DNA of 64,000 nt from Ructibacterium sp. (GTDB lineage: Bacteria; Bacillota; Clostridia; Monoglobales; Monoglobaceae). Of this stretch, positions 39,973-50,071 are shown piece by piece (positions within the stretch are counted from its first letter, which is position 1; each line of letters begins with the position of its first letter). A program made the translations under genes and the position numbers. The DNA lies in contig JAZNKC010000033.1 of NCBI GenBank assembly GCA_045578365.1, positions 3,009 through 67,008 of the forward strand, written 5' to 3'. The notes below the pieces were generated by a model. It saw only the letters and a program-made list of their open reading frames with translations, was not told where the DNA came from and searched no databases.

Positions 39973-41101
39973 GAGATTATTTACTTCCGAGTCCGTAACC
40001 GAAGGACATCCCGATAAAATTTCTGACCTGATTTCCGATGCGGTTCTTGATGCCATTCTGGAAGAAGACCCCGATGCCCGTGTCGCTTGTGAAGTTACCG
40101 TAACAACCGGTCTTGCACTGGTAGTTGGCGAGATTACTACCAACAGTCGGGTAGATATTACCAACATCGTGCGGGAAACCATCCGCGAGGTGGGATATGA
40201 CCGCGCAAAATACGGATTTGACTGCGATACCTGCGCAGTTCTTAGTGCATTGGACGAGCAGTCCCCTGATATCGCTATGGGCGTAAACCGTGACGGTGCC
40301 GGCGACCAAGGTATGATGTTCGGCTTTGCCTGTGATGAAACCGAGGAATATATGCCTATGCCCATTTCCCTCTCTCACAAGCTTTGCCGCAGACTGACCG
40401 AGGTCAGAAAGACAGGCATCCTCCCCTACCTCCGTCCTGACGGAAAATCACAGGTTACTGTAGAATATAACGAGGATGGTTCCGTAAAGAGAATTGATGC
40501 AGTTGTACTTTCCACCCAGCACGACGAAAATGTAGATATTGAGGTTTTGCGTCAGGATGTGATGAGAGAAATCATTCTTCCTGTCATTGATGCAAAGCTT
40601 TTGGATGAAGATACCAAATACTTCATCAACCCCACCGACCGCTTTGTTGTGGGCGGACCGCAAGGTGATTCCGGTCATACCGGAAGAAAAATCATCGTGG
40701 ATACATACGGTGGTTACGCAAGCCACGGCGGCGGTGCTTTCTCCGGTAAAGACCCGACAAAGGTTGACCGGAGCGCTGCGTATGCTGCACGTTATGTTGC
40801 AAAAAATATTGTTGCTGCCGGCTTTGCAAAAGCTTGTGAAGTACAGCTTGCTTATGCCATCGGTGTTGCACAACCGGTTTCTCTGCGGATTGATACCAGA
40901 GGCACCGGTACCATCAGCGACAGTGAGCTTGCTGAGAAGGTCAGCAAGGTCTTTGATTTGAGCCCGAAGGGGATCATTGACGGACTGCAGTTGCGCCGTC
41001 CTATCTACAAGCAGACCGCCGCTTACGGTCACTTTGGCCGCAACGATCTGGATTTGCCTTGGGAAAGACTGGACAAGGTGGAAGCCCTGAAAAACGCTTA
41101 A
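39965..41101 (+). CDS. metK: S-adenosylmethionine synthetase
   Basis: [47 protein letters not shown]. Confidence 0.96.
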   Translation: MYKRLFTSESVTEGHPDKISDLISDAVLDAILEEDPDARVACEVTVTTGLALVVGEITTNSRVDITNIVRETIREVGYDRAKYGFDCDTCAVLSALDEQSPDIAMGVNRDGAGDQGMMFGFACDETEEYMPMPISLSHKLCRRLTEVRKTGILPYLRPDGKSQVTVEYNEDGSVKRIDAVVLSTQHDENVDIEVLRQDVMREIILPVIDAKLLDEDTKYFINPTDRFVVGGPQGDSGHTGRKIIVDTYGGYASHGGGAFSGKDPTKVDRSAAYAARYVAKNIVAAGFAKACEVQLAYAIGVAQPVSLRIDTRGTGTISDSELAEKVSKVFDLSPKGIIDGLQLRRPIYKQTAAYGHFGRNDLDLPWERLDKVEALKNA

Positions 41102-41113
41102 AGGAGCAAAACT

Positions 41114-42856
41114 ATGTCATATGACGGTATGGTTACCCATTGCGTGGTAGCCGAATTAAATCGGGTTTTGGTTGACGGAAAGATTGATAAGGTTCACCAA
41201 CCGGAACGGGAAGAATTGATTTTGTCCATCCGCACACGGGATGGACATTTCCGTTTGTTGCTTTCTGCCAGTTCCTCCAATCCCCGTGTACACCTGACGG
41301 AATCCGGAAGAGAAAACCCTATGACGCCCCCGATGTTTTGTATGTTGATGCGGAAACATCTGCAGGGTGGCAGAATTGTACGGGTTTCCCAATTGGGATT
41401 TGACCGTGTGATTTCTTTGGATGTGGAATGCCGCAATGAGCTCGGGGACCTTTGCATCAAAACCATTGTTACCGAGATTATGGGCAGACACAGCAATATC
41501 ATCTTGATGGATGAAAAACGCAAAATTCTTGACAGTATCAAGCACGTGGATTTCACCGTCAGTGCAGTCAGACAGATTCTCCCCGGATTGCTGTATGAAA
41601 ATCCGCCACAGCAGGAAAAGCTTTCTCCAAACGCTTTTCCTATCTTGGATGTATTGCGGGAGCTGGACCAGCAACCGGAAGACGCTTTGCTTGATAAATT
41701 TCTGGTAAACACCTTTCAAGGAATGAGCCCTCTGCTTGCGCGAGAGATTGTATACCGCTTTGCGGGAAATACCAAGATTTTCCGCAAGGATGTGGATACG
41801 GCGGCGTTTTTAACCCACACTGAAACCATCCTGAATGAGATTTGTGCCGACCGGTACGAACCCGTTTTGATGTTGGAACAGGAAACCAAAAAGCCTTTTG
41901 CGTTTTCCTGTATCAACCTGACCCAATATGCAGACGGTAGTATTTTTAAGGCTTCCGACTCCATCAGCAAGGTGATTGATGATTACTATGAAATCCGTTC
42001 CAAACGGGAGCATATGAATCAGCGGGCAAATCACCTGATTCGACTGGTGAAAAATAATATGGAGCGCTGTGAGAAAAAACTGGTTCTCCATCGGGAAAAT
42101 TTGGAAAAATCAAAGAATCGGGAACAATACAAAATCTACGGCGACCTGTTGACTGCAAACTTATATCGCATTACCTCGGGGATGAAGGAAATTTCAGTAG
42201 AAAATTATTATTCTGAGGCTTTGGAAACTATCACCATTCCCCTTTTGGAAGAGCTTTCCCCTGCCAAAAATGCCCAACATTATTATAAGCTTTATAATAA
42301 AGCAAAAATGACCGAGATTTACGCAACCCAACAGGCGGAACTTGCTGAGGAAGAACTCCGGTATCTGGAATCGGTACTGCACACCTTGGAGAATGCGGAT
42401 ACGCCTGCTGCGCTTGCGGAAATCAAGGATGAATTGGTTGATGGCGGCTACGTTGCATCAAGCGGTGCAAAAAACAAGAAACAACAAAAAAAATCCGCGC
42501 CCTTAAGCTTTACTTCAAAGGACGGATTTGAAATTCTGGTTGGACGTAACAACAAGCAAAATGATGAACTTACTATCCGGATGGCATATGCAACGGATTT
42601 ATGGTTTCACACAAAAATCATCCCCGGTTCCCACACCATTGTGCGCACCCGTGGCGGTGAAACCGTTCCAGACAGCACGATTTTAGAGGCGGCGCAGATT
42701 GCAGCGTATTACAGCAAGGCACAAAACTCCTCAAAAGTTCCGGTGGACTATACGGTAGTGAAAAATGTAAAGAAACCCAACGGCGCCAAACCCGGGATGG
42801 TGATTTACGACCATTACAATACCCTTTATGTGGACCCTAAATGTCCGGAAATATAA
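41114..42856 (+). CDS. rqcH: Ribosome quality control factor RqcH (NFACT/FbpA family)
   Basis: PPMFCMLMRKHL, EIMGRHSNIIL, VGRNNKQND, GSHTIV, AAYYSKA, KPNGAKPGMVIY. Confidence 0.92.
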   Translation: MSYDGMVTHCVVAELNRVLVDGKIDKVHQPEREELILSIRTRDGHFRLLLSASSSNPRVHLTESGRENPMTPPMFCMLMRKHLQGGRIVRVSQLGFDRVISLDVECRNELGDLCIKTIVTEIMGRHSNIILMDEKRKILDSIKHVDFTVSAVRQILPGLLYENPPQQEKLSPNAFPILDVLRELDQQPEDALLDKFLVNTFQGMSPLLAREIVYRFAGNTKIFRKDVDTAAFLTHTETILNEICADRYEPVLMLEQETKKPFAFSCINLTQYADGSIFKASDSISKVIDDYYEIRSKREHMNQRANHLIRLVKNNMERCEKKLVLHRENLEKSKNREQYKIYGDLLTANLYRITSGMKEISVENYYSEALETITIPLLEELSPAKNAQHYYKLYNKAKMTEIYATQQAELAEEELRYLESVLHTLENADTPAALAEIKDELVDGGYVASSGAKNKKQQKKSAPLSFTSKDGFEILVGRNNKQNDELTIRMAYATDLWFHTKIIPGSHTIVRTRGGETVPDSTILEAAQIAAYYSKAQNSSKVPVDYTVVKNVKKPNGAKPGMVIYDHYNTLYVDPKCPEI

Positions 42857-42888
42857 AAAGACCTGCACTTTACAGTGCAGGTTTTTTT
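42855..42888. terminator. Bidirectional terminator (rqcH / hydF)
   Basis: AAAAAGACCTGCACT-TTAC-AGTGCAGGTTTTTT. Confidence 0.8.
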
Positions 42889-44074
42889 ATCGAAATATTT
42901 CTGTTGCACGGTCTAAGATTCCATTCAAGTAGGCGATTGCCACACCATAGTTGCTGATTGGAATATTTGCCTCTTTCAGACGTTTCATTCTGGTTTCGAC
43001 TTCCTGCTTGTTGACCATACACATTCCGCAGGAAAGCGCCATTTTGTACTCACTCAGATCATCAGGAAAATCATAACCGCTGAAGTAGAAGAAACGGCAG
43101 CCAACCCCCAATTTGTTATGCACCAACATCGGTAGCTTTCTTCTAGCAATATCCTCATGGGTTGTGTTGTGAGAACACCCTTCCAGAACCAGAATCGCAT
43201 CCCCGTCCTTGAGATTGGCAAATTGGGAAACGCCCTCCAGATACTGTGCAAAATCCCCTTTTTTTCTGGCAAGGAGCATAGAAAACGAAGTAAGCGGAAT
43301 CTCCTTGGGGACAATTTCATCCACCAGAGGGAAGATTTGAGAATCGGTAATCACCAAATCCACTTTTTCAAGCTCGTCAAGAACCTCTTTCAGTTCCGTC
43401 TCCTTGGTGACCATAACTTTCATATTATGGTCAAGGCAATCTCTTAAAATCTGAACCTGCGGAAGAATCAATCTCCCCTTAGGTGCCGCACTATCGATGG
43501 GCGTTACCAGCACAACGGTGCTCTTTTCAGGGAGTAAGTCCCCTACCCAAGTCTCTTCTTCTTTTTTCTCTTCATTGATAGGCGTGTCTAATTTTTTCAG
43601 CTCCGCAACCATTCGGGTTTTCAATTCATCCAGCCCATCTTCTCCGAAATTGGACAAAAACACCGCATTAGGATTTTCTTTTTTCAACCAGAGCAAGGTG
43701 TCTTCATCCAACAGTTCACACTTATTAAAAACAATGATAGCAGGCTTTGAAAAATAGAATGCAGACGCCTCGTGAGTTGCTGCGTCAAGAACATACAGAA
43801 TCAAATCCGCTCGATCCAAAGTTTTGAGTGTTTTTTCCATTCGCTGTTTCCCGAGCTCACTTTGGTCGCTCAAGCCTGCCGTGTCCATCAGGGCAACTGG
43901 TCCGTAAGGGATCAGTTCCATCGCTTTGATGACCGAGTCGGTGGTGGTTCCGCTTACATCGGACACAATCGAAACATCCTGTCCCAGCAAACGGTTAAAC
44001 AGGGTAGATTTTCCTGAATTGGTATCCCCGACTAAGGCAATATGCTTTCGCATAGAAAGGGGTGTTTGTTCCAT
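42887..44074 (-). CDS. hydF: [FeFe]-hydrogenase maturation GTPase HydF
   Basis: GDTNSGKS, GTTTD, DTAG, APKGRLILPQVQ, ITDSQ, CxH..CxxC, NYG. Confidence 0.92.
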   Translation of the reverse strand: MEQTPLSMRKHIALVGDTNSGKSTLFNRLLGQDVSIVSDVSGTTTDSVIKAMELIPYGPVALMDTAGLSDQSELGKQRMEKTLKTLDRADLILYVLDAATHEASAFYFSKPAIIVFNKCELLDEDTLLWLKKENPNAVFLSNFGEDGLDELKTRMVAELKKLDTPINEEKKEEETWVGDLLPEKSTVVLVTPIDSAAPKGRLILPQVQILRDCLDHNMKVMVTKETELKEVLDELEKVDLVITDSQIFPLVDEIVPKEIPLTSFSMLLARKKGDFAQYLEGVSQFANLKDGDAILVLEGCSHNTTHEDIARRKLPMLVHNKLGVGCRFFYFSGYDFPDDLSEYKMALSCGMCMVNKQEVETRMKRLKEANIPISNYGVAIAYLNGILDRATEIFR

Positions 44075-44088
44075 TTCACAGACCTCCT

Positions 44089-45459
44089 TTATACAAAAAG
44101 ATCTCTCTGTCCTTGCTTGATTTTCTCGATATTTTCCCGCGTCAGTTCCCGAACCTTTTCATTTTCAATATTGGGAATCTCCCGCTCGATGGTCTGGATG
44201 GCTTTTTGCTTAAATTCTTCATCACCATAATCCAAGGTATATTCCGCAAGAGTCATCAACGCATTGGGGAGACAAACATTTTTGATGTTACCGGATTTGG
44301 CAAGGGCCATAAATCGGTCGCCGGTTCTTCCGCTACGATAACAAGCGGTGCAGAAGCTGGGCACCATTCCCTCGTCCATAATCCATTTGATGACCGACAT
44401 GGCATCTCTTTCATCAATGACTTCAAACTGAACGTGTGCTTTTTTGTTCTTTTGGTAGCTACCCACGCCGGTCGCAGAACCTGCACTCATCTGAGAAATA
44501 CCTAAGCGAATCAATTCCTTACGCATATCCTTGCTCTCGCGAGTGGATACAATCATACCGGTAAAAGGCACCGCCAAACGAATGATGGCAACCAGTTTCT
44601 TAAAGGTTTCGTCATCGACTGCATAAGGATATTGGGTCTGGAGTGCCCCTTCGGCTTTGCGAATACGGGGAACAGAAATGGTGTGGAAACCAACCCCGAA
44701 TTCCTTTTCCAGATGCTCGTTGTGGAGCATCAAGCCCATAACCTCAAAACAGGGGTCATAAAGTCCAAACAAGACACCGCCGCCCACATCATCAATGCCA
44801 CCTTGCATCGCGCGGTCAAAGGCAGTTGTGTGATAGTCATAGTCCCGTTTCGGCCCGGAAATGTGCATATCCAGATAGGTGGGCTTGTGATAGGTTTCCT
44901 GAAACAGAATATAAGTGCCGATGCCAACCTCTTTCAGCTTTTGATAGTTCTCTACCGTAGTTGCTGCAATATTGACATTCAAACGACGGATTTCGCCGTT
45001 TTCGAATTTCATATCATAAATGGTTTTCATACATTCAAGAATGTATTCAATAGGACAATTCTCATCATCCTCGCCCGCCTCTACTGCAAGACGTTTGTGA
45101 CCCATAGATTCCAAAATCTTAACTTCTTCCCGCACCTCATCCATGGTCAGGCGTTTGCGTTCAAACTTGTGCTTACAGTTGTAGCTACAGTATTTACACT
45201 CATTGACGCAATAATCGCTGACATAAAGCGGTGCAAACATTACAATGCGGTTGCCGTAAATGTGCTGCTTGATTTTGTGTGCAATGGAAAACATCCGCTT
45301 GAGCTGTTCCGGATTTTCCAGCATCAACAGGGAAGCAACCTCTTGATGGGTCAGCCCCTCAAAGTTGTCTGCTTTGTCCAGAATGCGGTCAATTTCTTGG
45401 ACATCGGTAGTTTTTGCGTTTTCCAAAAGTTTTTCTATATATTGCTCATCGATAAACAA
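44089..45459 (-). CDS. hydG: [FeFe]-hydrogenase maturation radical SAM HydG
   Basis: YGNRIVMFAPLY, CVNECKYC, LFQETY, PSFCTACYR..C; TTG start after GAAAGGA. Confidence 0.95.
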   Translation of the reverse strand: MFIDEQYIEKLLENAKTTDVQEIDRILDKADNFEGLTHQEVASLLMLENPEQLKRMFSIAHKIKQHIYGNRIVMFAPLYVSDYCVNECKYCSYNCKHKFERKRLTMDEVREEVKILESMGHKRLAVEAGEDDENCPIEYILECMKTIYDMKFENGEIRRLNVNIAATTVENYQKLKEVGIGTYILFQETYHKPTYLDMHISGPKRDYDYHTTAFDRAMQGGIDDVGGGVLFGLYDPCFEVMGLMLHNEHLEKEFGVGFHTISVPRIRKAEGALQTQYPYAVDDETFKKLVAIIRLAVPFTGMIVSTRESKDMRKELIRLGISQMSAGSATGVGSYQKNKKAHVQFEVIDERDAMSVIKWIMDEGMVPSFCTACYRSGRTGDRFMALAKSGNIKNVCLPNALMTLAEYTLDYGDEEFKQKAIQTIEREIPNIENEKVRELTRENIEKIKQGQRDLFV

Positions 45460-45494
45460 AATAATCAATCCTTTCCGCGAAAATTCGCCTTTTT

Positions 45495-45523
45495 ATTATA
45501 GACCTCCTATCTTTTTTTGTCAA
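45495..45523 (-). promoter_or_regulatory. sigma-A promoter of hydG-hydF
   Basis: Minus strand TTGACA-17 nt-TATAAT consensus. Confidence 0.75.
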
Positions 45524-45574
45524 GCAATGAAAAAGCCCCAAAACCAAGGATTTCAGGGCTTTTTTGATAATTTG

Positions 45575-46498
45575 TTAAAAATTTAGCAGAGATTCTATAT
45601 TTTCTTCGGAATATTCAATCTCTGCAGAATACATCCGTACATATTCTTCCATATCTTTGATCGTGACTTTCCCGTAATGCCGTAAATGCCATCCGCAAAG
45701 TCCTCCAATGAGATAGCATCCCGAAAGAATCATCCGTACCCGTTGAGGGGCATCGCCATTCCATTGCGCCTCGGTAAAATGGCGAAATAGAAAATAACAA
45801 GCAAGCTGTTCAAAGGGAATCGCAAATTCCTCTTCAAAAATCTGCAAGTCCAAGGAAAAATCTTTCAAGTTTTCCAATAACCCTGTCCATGCAAAATCCA
45901 ACCGTTCCAACTCAAGATATTCTGCGCAAAGTTCCTGCAAGGAAAACGCGGTAAAATCAAATCCAAAACGCTGCGCAAGTGTTGAAAATCGTTCCACGAT
46001 GCTGCAATTTCGATTCTGCATCAATGCAAAGAGTTCTTTTCGCAAAGTCAAATAGTATTCTTCTTCCTCGGTACATTGGATCTCTTCTTCGTGCAAGGGG
46101 ACCAATGCAAAGGATTCCTCGAAATTCAGGATAATTCTTGCCGCCTCTTCGCAACAAAGGCCAAGGCCCATTTCGGTAAAATCGGTGTAAAAATTGCGGA
46201 ATCTTGGGTGATCGGTGCAAATTCCGCACAAGGCATCTTCACCCAGATGAAGTATGATATCACAAAGCCCCTTTTTGTTCAAAAAAGGGCATCTGTCGTC
46301 CTCTTTCAAAATAAAGTGGGGTTCTTCCTCTTCTGTGATATTTTCCAGAATACGGGCGCCAAAATCATCTTTGAGCGACCGATAATGGTTCATCGTGGCA
46401 CCATCAATATCAATTTCCCAGCCAATGCAACAATTATGCTTGCATTGTCCTGCGATGCATCGAAATTGATGATAATAATTGGGCACAAGTATCTGCAT
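45575..46498 (-). CDS. FliB-family (flagellin lysine N-methylase-like) Cys-cluster protein
   Basis: PNYYHQFRCIAGQCKHNCCIGWEIDID, RCPFL..LC, ICTDHPR, CEEAARII, YSAEIEYSEEN. Confidence 0.8.
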   Translation of the reverse strand: MQILVPNYYHQFRCIAGQCKHNCCIGWEIDIDGATMNHYRSLKDDFGARILENITEEEEPHFILKEDDRCPFLNKKGLCDIILHLGEDALCGICTDHPRFRNFYTDFTEMGLGLCCEEAARIILNFEESFALVPLHEEEIQCTEEEEYYLTLRKELFALMQNRNCSIVERFSTLAQRFGFDFTAFSLQELCAEYLELERLDFAWTGLLENLKDFSLDLQIFEEEFAIPFEQLACYFLFRHFTEAQWNGDAPQRVRMILSGCYLIGGLCGWHLRHYGKVTIKDMEEYVRMYSAEIEYSEENIESLLNF

Positions 46499-46521
46499 CT
46501 ATATGTTCCCCTTATGTATGT

Positions 46522-47028
46522 CTATTCTTCTAACAAAACAGCAGTCCCCTTTTCTAACGATGCAGGGACATCAAGAATGCGCTGATTTCTGCTTCCACGG
46601 AATTTCAGCATCAGGCTCTTTTCTGCCAAAACAAATTTGCCGTCAATCAAAATATCCGTCAGTTTCAAAAGGTCTAAGATGGCAGGGTTCTTTTTTCCTA
46701 ACTCCAAAAGTTCTTCAAAGGTGAATCCGCTGTAACATACCAAATTCAAATGAAGTGCCTTGATTTCTCTGCCGAGTTCTGCCAATGCCTCCGGTTGGCA
46801 AAAAGGTTCTCCGCCCGAAAAAGTCACTCCCGAAAGCAACGGATTTTTTTTAATTTCCTCAACAATCCCATCTAAGGGAACGATCCGTCCCCCGTCAAAA
46901 TCGTGGGTTTGGGGATTGTGACACCCCTCACAATGATGGGGACATCCTTGTACAAATACGGTATAGCGGATGCCGGGTCCATCAACGATGGACTCCGGCA
47001 CGATTCCGGAAATACGAAGTTCGTTCAT
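46522..47028 (-). CDS. nrdG: Anaerobic ribonucleotide reductase activating enzyme
   Basis: SIVDGPGIR, QGCPHHCEGCHNP, SGGEPF, FRGSRNQR. Confidence 0.93.
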   Translation of the reverse strand: MNELRISGIVPESIVDGPGIRYTVFVQGCPHHCEGCHNPQTHDFDGGRIVPLDGIVEEIKKNPLLSGVTFSGGEPFCQPEALAELGREIKALHLNLVCYSGFTFEELLELGKKNPAILDLLKLTDILIDGKFVLAEKSLMLKFRGSRNQRILDVPASLEKGTAVLLEE

Positions 47029-47975
47029 TAAAAACCTATCTCCCTTGCAAGATTTTTCAATGCTTGTGAAGATTTTCTAAGTCCCTCAATCTCCTCAGGA
47101 GAAAAATCGATTTCCAAAATCTTCTCTGCACCATCACTCCCTACAATGGTTGGAGCGCTCAAACAAATATCCGAGATTCCATACTCACCGTCAAACAAAC
47201 TTGACACCGTGAGGATGGAATTTTCATTGCCAATAATACTTTCCACAATACGCCGCACTGCCAATGCAATCGCATAATAAGTGGACCCTTTTTTATTGAT
47301 GATTTCATAAGCCGCATTGCGGGTTTTGTCATAAAAACATTCTTTGCAGATATTCAAGGAATCACATTCCCCGGTGCTTGCGCAGTAAGAATCCACGCTC
47401 ATTCCCGCAACATTGGTAACACTCCAGGCGGCAACCTCTGTATCTCCGTGTTCACCGATGATATAGGTATGCACATTGCGCACATCCACATTGGTATGCT
47501 CACCCAGAAGATATTTCAGTCTTGCGGTATCCAAAACCGTCCCGGAACCGATGACATGCTTCTTGGAAAATCCTGAAATTTTGTATGTGATATAGGTCAG
47601 GATATCCACCGGATTGGTCACCACCATCAAGATGGTATCATCGTGACAATACTTCAATACATTTTCAATAATATCCTTAAAGATGTCGGCATTCCGTTTT
47701 AACAAATCAGTGCGTTTTTCGCCTTCTCTTTGGTTGGCACCGGCGGTAATGATAACCATATCACTGCCTTTAATATCTGCATAACTTCCTGCCACAATTT
47801 TCACAGGATTCACAAAGCAGATGCCGTGGTTCATATCCATAGCATCTCCCTCTGCTTTTTCCCGATTGATATCAATAATCACGATTTCCGATACCAATCC
47901 GCTCAACATCAGCGTGTAGGCGACGGTAGACCCAACATTTCCGGCACCTACAACTGTAATTTTCCCTTTGAACAT
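47028..47975 (-). CDS. ldh: L-lactate dehydrogenase
   Basis: VGAGNVG, ITAG, TNPVD, GTVLDTAR, IIGEHGD, KGSTYY. Confidence 0.93.
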   Translation of the reverse strand: MFKGKITVVGAGNVGSTVAYTLMLSGLVSEIVIIDINREKAEGDAMDMNHGICFVNPVKIVAGSYADIKGSDMVIITAGANQREGEKRTDLLKRNADIFKDIIENVLKYCHDDTILMVVTNPVDILTYITYKISGFSKKHVIGSGTVLDTARLKYLLGEHTNVDVRNVHTYIIGEHGDTEVAAWSVTNVAGMSVDSYCASTGECDSLNICKECFYDKTRNAAYEIINKKGSTYYAIALAVRRIVESIIGNENSILTVSSLFDGEYGISDICLSAPTIVGSDGAEKILEIDFSPEEIEGLRKSSQALKNLAREIGF

Positions 47976-48030
47976 AGTTTTCACCTCATCCATTAGGTTT
48001 CCCAAAGGTAAGGAAAATACTCATTCAGCG

Positions 48031-49425
48031 TTAATTGTGCAAATAAAATTCCCGATAGCCCTTATAAGTCATATAAATGTCAAATTTTCCGGCAATTTCA
48101 AAAGGTGCGTGCATCGAGAGCAGCGGAACACCTGCATCAATGACATCCATATCCAGATTCGCTACAAACTGTGCAATGGTTCCGCCACCGCCAAGGTCTA
48201 CCTTGCCCAATTCGCCAATCTGCCAGGAAACCTGATTGTTATTGAAGATCTTTCTGATTTTTGCAATCAGCTCAGCACCGGCATCGCTGGCACCGCTCTT
48301 ACCTCTGGAACCGGTATATTTGCAAAGGAGAATGCCTCCATTCAAAATTGCCGCATTTCTTTTTTCGCTTACGTCCGGATAATTGGGATCCAGTGCCGCA
48401 CCAACATCGGCAGAAAGGCAGGTGGAATTGCTCAAGCAATCACGCAACACTAAATCCGAATATGCATCCACGGTTTTGGCACAAAGCTTTGCCATCACAT
48501 TTTCAAAATATCTGGACTGCATTCCGGTAGCACCCATACTGCCGACTTCTTCCTTGTCTACCAAAAGACAAACTGCCGTTTTGTCCGGAGTTTTAACATC
48601 CAGAATGGCTCTGAGTGCGGTATACGCACATACTCTGTCATCCTGACCATAACCGCCAATCATACTTCGGTCAATGCCCACATCCCGCGCAGGGTAAGCC
48701 GGAACAATTTCAATTTCGCTACTAATCAAATCTTCCTCTTTGATATCATACTTCTCATGCAAAAGCTTGAGAACATTAAGCTTGACTCCCTCTTTGATTT
48801 CCTCATCCTCACAGGAAAGGTTTCCAAGAATGACATTCAGACTTTCTCCGGGGATTGCCTCGCTCATTTTTTTGGTCATCTGTTGTGTAGCTAGATGGGG
48901 AAGCAAATCCGTAACACAAAAAACAGGGTCCTCCTCTTTTTCGCCAATCACCATATTGATTTGGGTACCGTCTTCCAATGCCGCAACCCCGTGGATTGCA
49001 AGGGGGATGGTGGTCCATTGATACTTTTTGATTCCACCATAATAATGGGTCTTAAAATATGCAATGCCCTGGTCCTCATACAAAGGATTGGGTTTCAAAT
49101 CAAGTCTGGGAGAGTCGATATGTGCCCCGATTAAATTGATACCCTCTTTCATTGCGCGATTTCCAATTACCGCCGCAATTACGCCTTTTCCGCGGTTGAT
49201 GGTATAAACCTTATCTCCCGGCTTGAGCGTATCTTTTTCTTCCAGACAGACAAAACCGTTGCTTTCCAAAAGGCGACAAGTATCCTCGCAAAATTCACGC
49301 TCTGTTTTTGCATCAGAGATAAATTTGCGGTAATCCTCGCAAAAATCAAAGATTTGATTTTTCTCCTGTTCCTCCACCTTGGAGAACAGATTTTTATTTT
49401 CATAAATTAAGTCTTGATGTTCCAT
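48031..49425 (-). CDS. M18 family aminopeptidase
   Basis: AHIDSPRLDLKP, YGGIKKYQW, GQDDRVC, KEEVGS, SMHAP. Confidence 0.92.
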   Translation of the reverse strand: MEHQDLIYENKNLFSKVEEQEKNQIFDFCEDYRKFISDAKTEREFCEDTCRLLESNGFVCLEEKDTLKPGDKVYTINRGKGVIAAVIGNRAMKEGINLIGAHIDSPRLDLKPNPLYEDQGIAYFKTHYYGGIKKYQWTTIPLAIHGVAALEDGTQINMVIGEKEEDPVFCVTDLLPHLATQQMTKKMSEAIPGESLNVILGNLSCEDEEIKEGVKLNVLKLLHEKYDIKEEDLISSEIEIVPAYPARDVGIDRSMIGGYGQDDRVCAYTALRAILDVKTPDKTAVCLLVDKEEVGSMGATGMQSRYFENVMAKLCAKTVDAYSDLVLRDCLSNSTCLSADVGAALDPNYPDVSEKRNAAILNGGILLCKYTGSRGKSGASDAGAELIAKIRKIFNNNQVSWQIGELGKVDLGGGGTIAQFVANLDMDVIDAGVPLLSMHAPFEIAGKFDIYMTYKGYREFYLHN

Positions 49426-49441
49426 GATAAAGACTCCTTTC

Positions 49442-50071
49442 CTATTTTTCTTCCGTATATAGCTTGTGATACATTTCACAGGCCTTTTTTACACGCTTGA
49501 CATAGTTTCTCGTTTCGGGAAACGGAATATGCACAAGTTCGCCCTTTTCGTTGGTATACGCCTTATTTTTCAGCCACTTTTCCACATTCCCCGGTCCGCC
49601 ATTGTAGGCGGCAATCGCAAGATCTTGGTTTCCTTGATAGCGTTTTAAGAGTTTACTGAAATAATAACATCCAAGACGGATATTGAATTCCGGCTCAAGT
49701 AAATCCTGAACCCTTGCATCCTTGAGTTTTAGCTCCCTGATGCAATCTTTGGCGGTTCCTTCCTGCATCTGCATCAACCCTTTTGCGCCTGTATTGGATA
49801 CCGCATAAGGATCAAATTTACTCTCTGTGCGAATGATTGCATACACCAGTTCTTTTTCCAAGGAAAATTCTTCCGCATATTGTTCCACCCATTCCTGATA
49901 CTTGATGGGATATTGGGTTTTTATCAGTTTTTCACTGAATCCAAAATGATTCCCTATCCAGAACAAGATTGCCAATACGGCTATGCTGCCAATCAGCCTC
50001 CCAAGACATCCGCCGCAACCCCGCCTCTTTCGAGGGAGGTGTCTGCGTGCAGAAGAATGGACATTTCTCAT
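49442..50071 (-). CDS. Lytic transglycosylase (SLT domain), membrane-anchored
   Basis: IIRTESKF, GAKGLMQ, AAYNGGPGNV, ETRNYVKRV. Confidence 0.92.
   Translation of the reverse strand: MRNVHSSARRHLPRKRRGCGGCLGRLIGSIAVLAILFWIGNHFGFSEKLIKTQYPIKYQEWVEQYAEEFSLEKELVYAIIRTESKFDPYAVSNTGAKGLMQMQEGTAKDCIRELKLKDARVQDLLEPEFNIRLGCYYFSKLLKRYQGNQDLAIAAYNGGPGNVEKWLKNKAYTNEKGELVHIPFPETRNYVKRVKKACEMYHKLYTEEK

Noticed and set aside
45575-46498. Flagellar locus implied by the FliB-like gene
   Set aside because: No flagellin or other flagellar genes in the window; the family also occurs outside flagellar loci.
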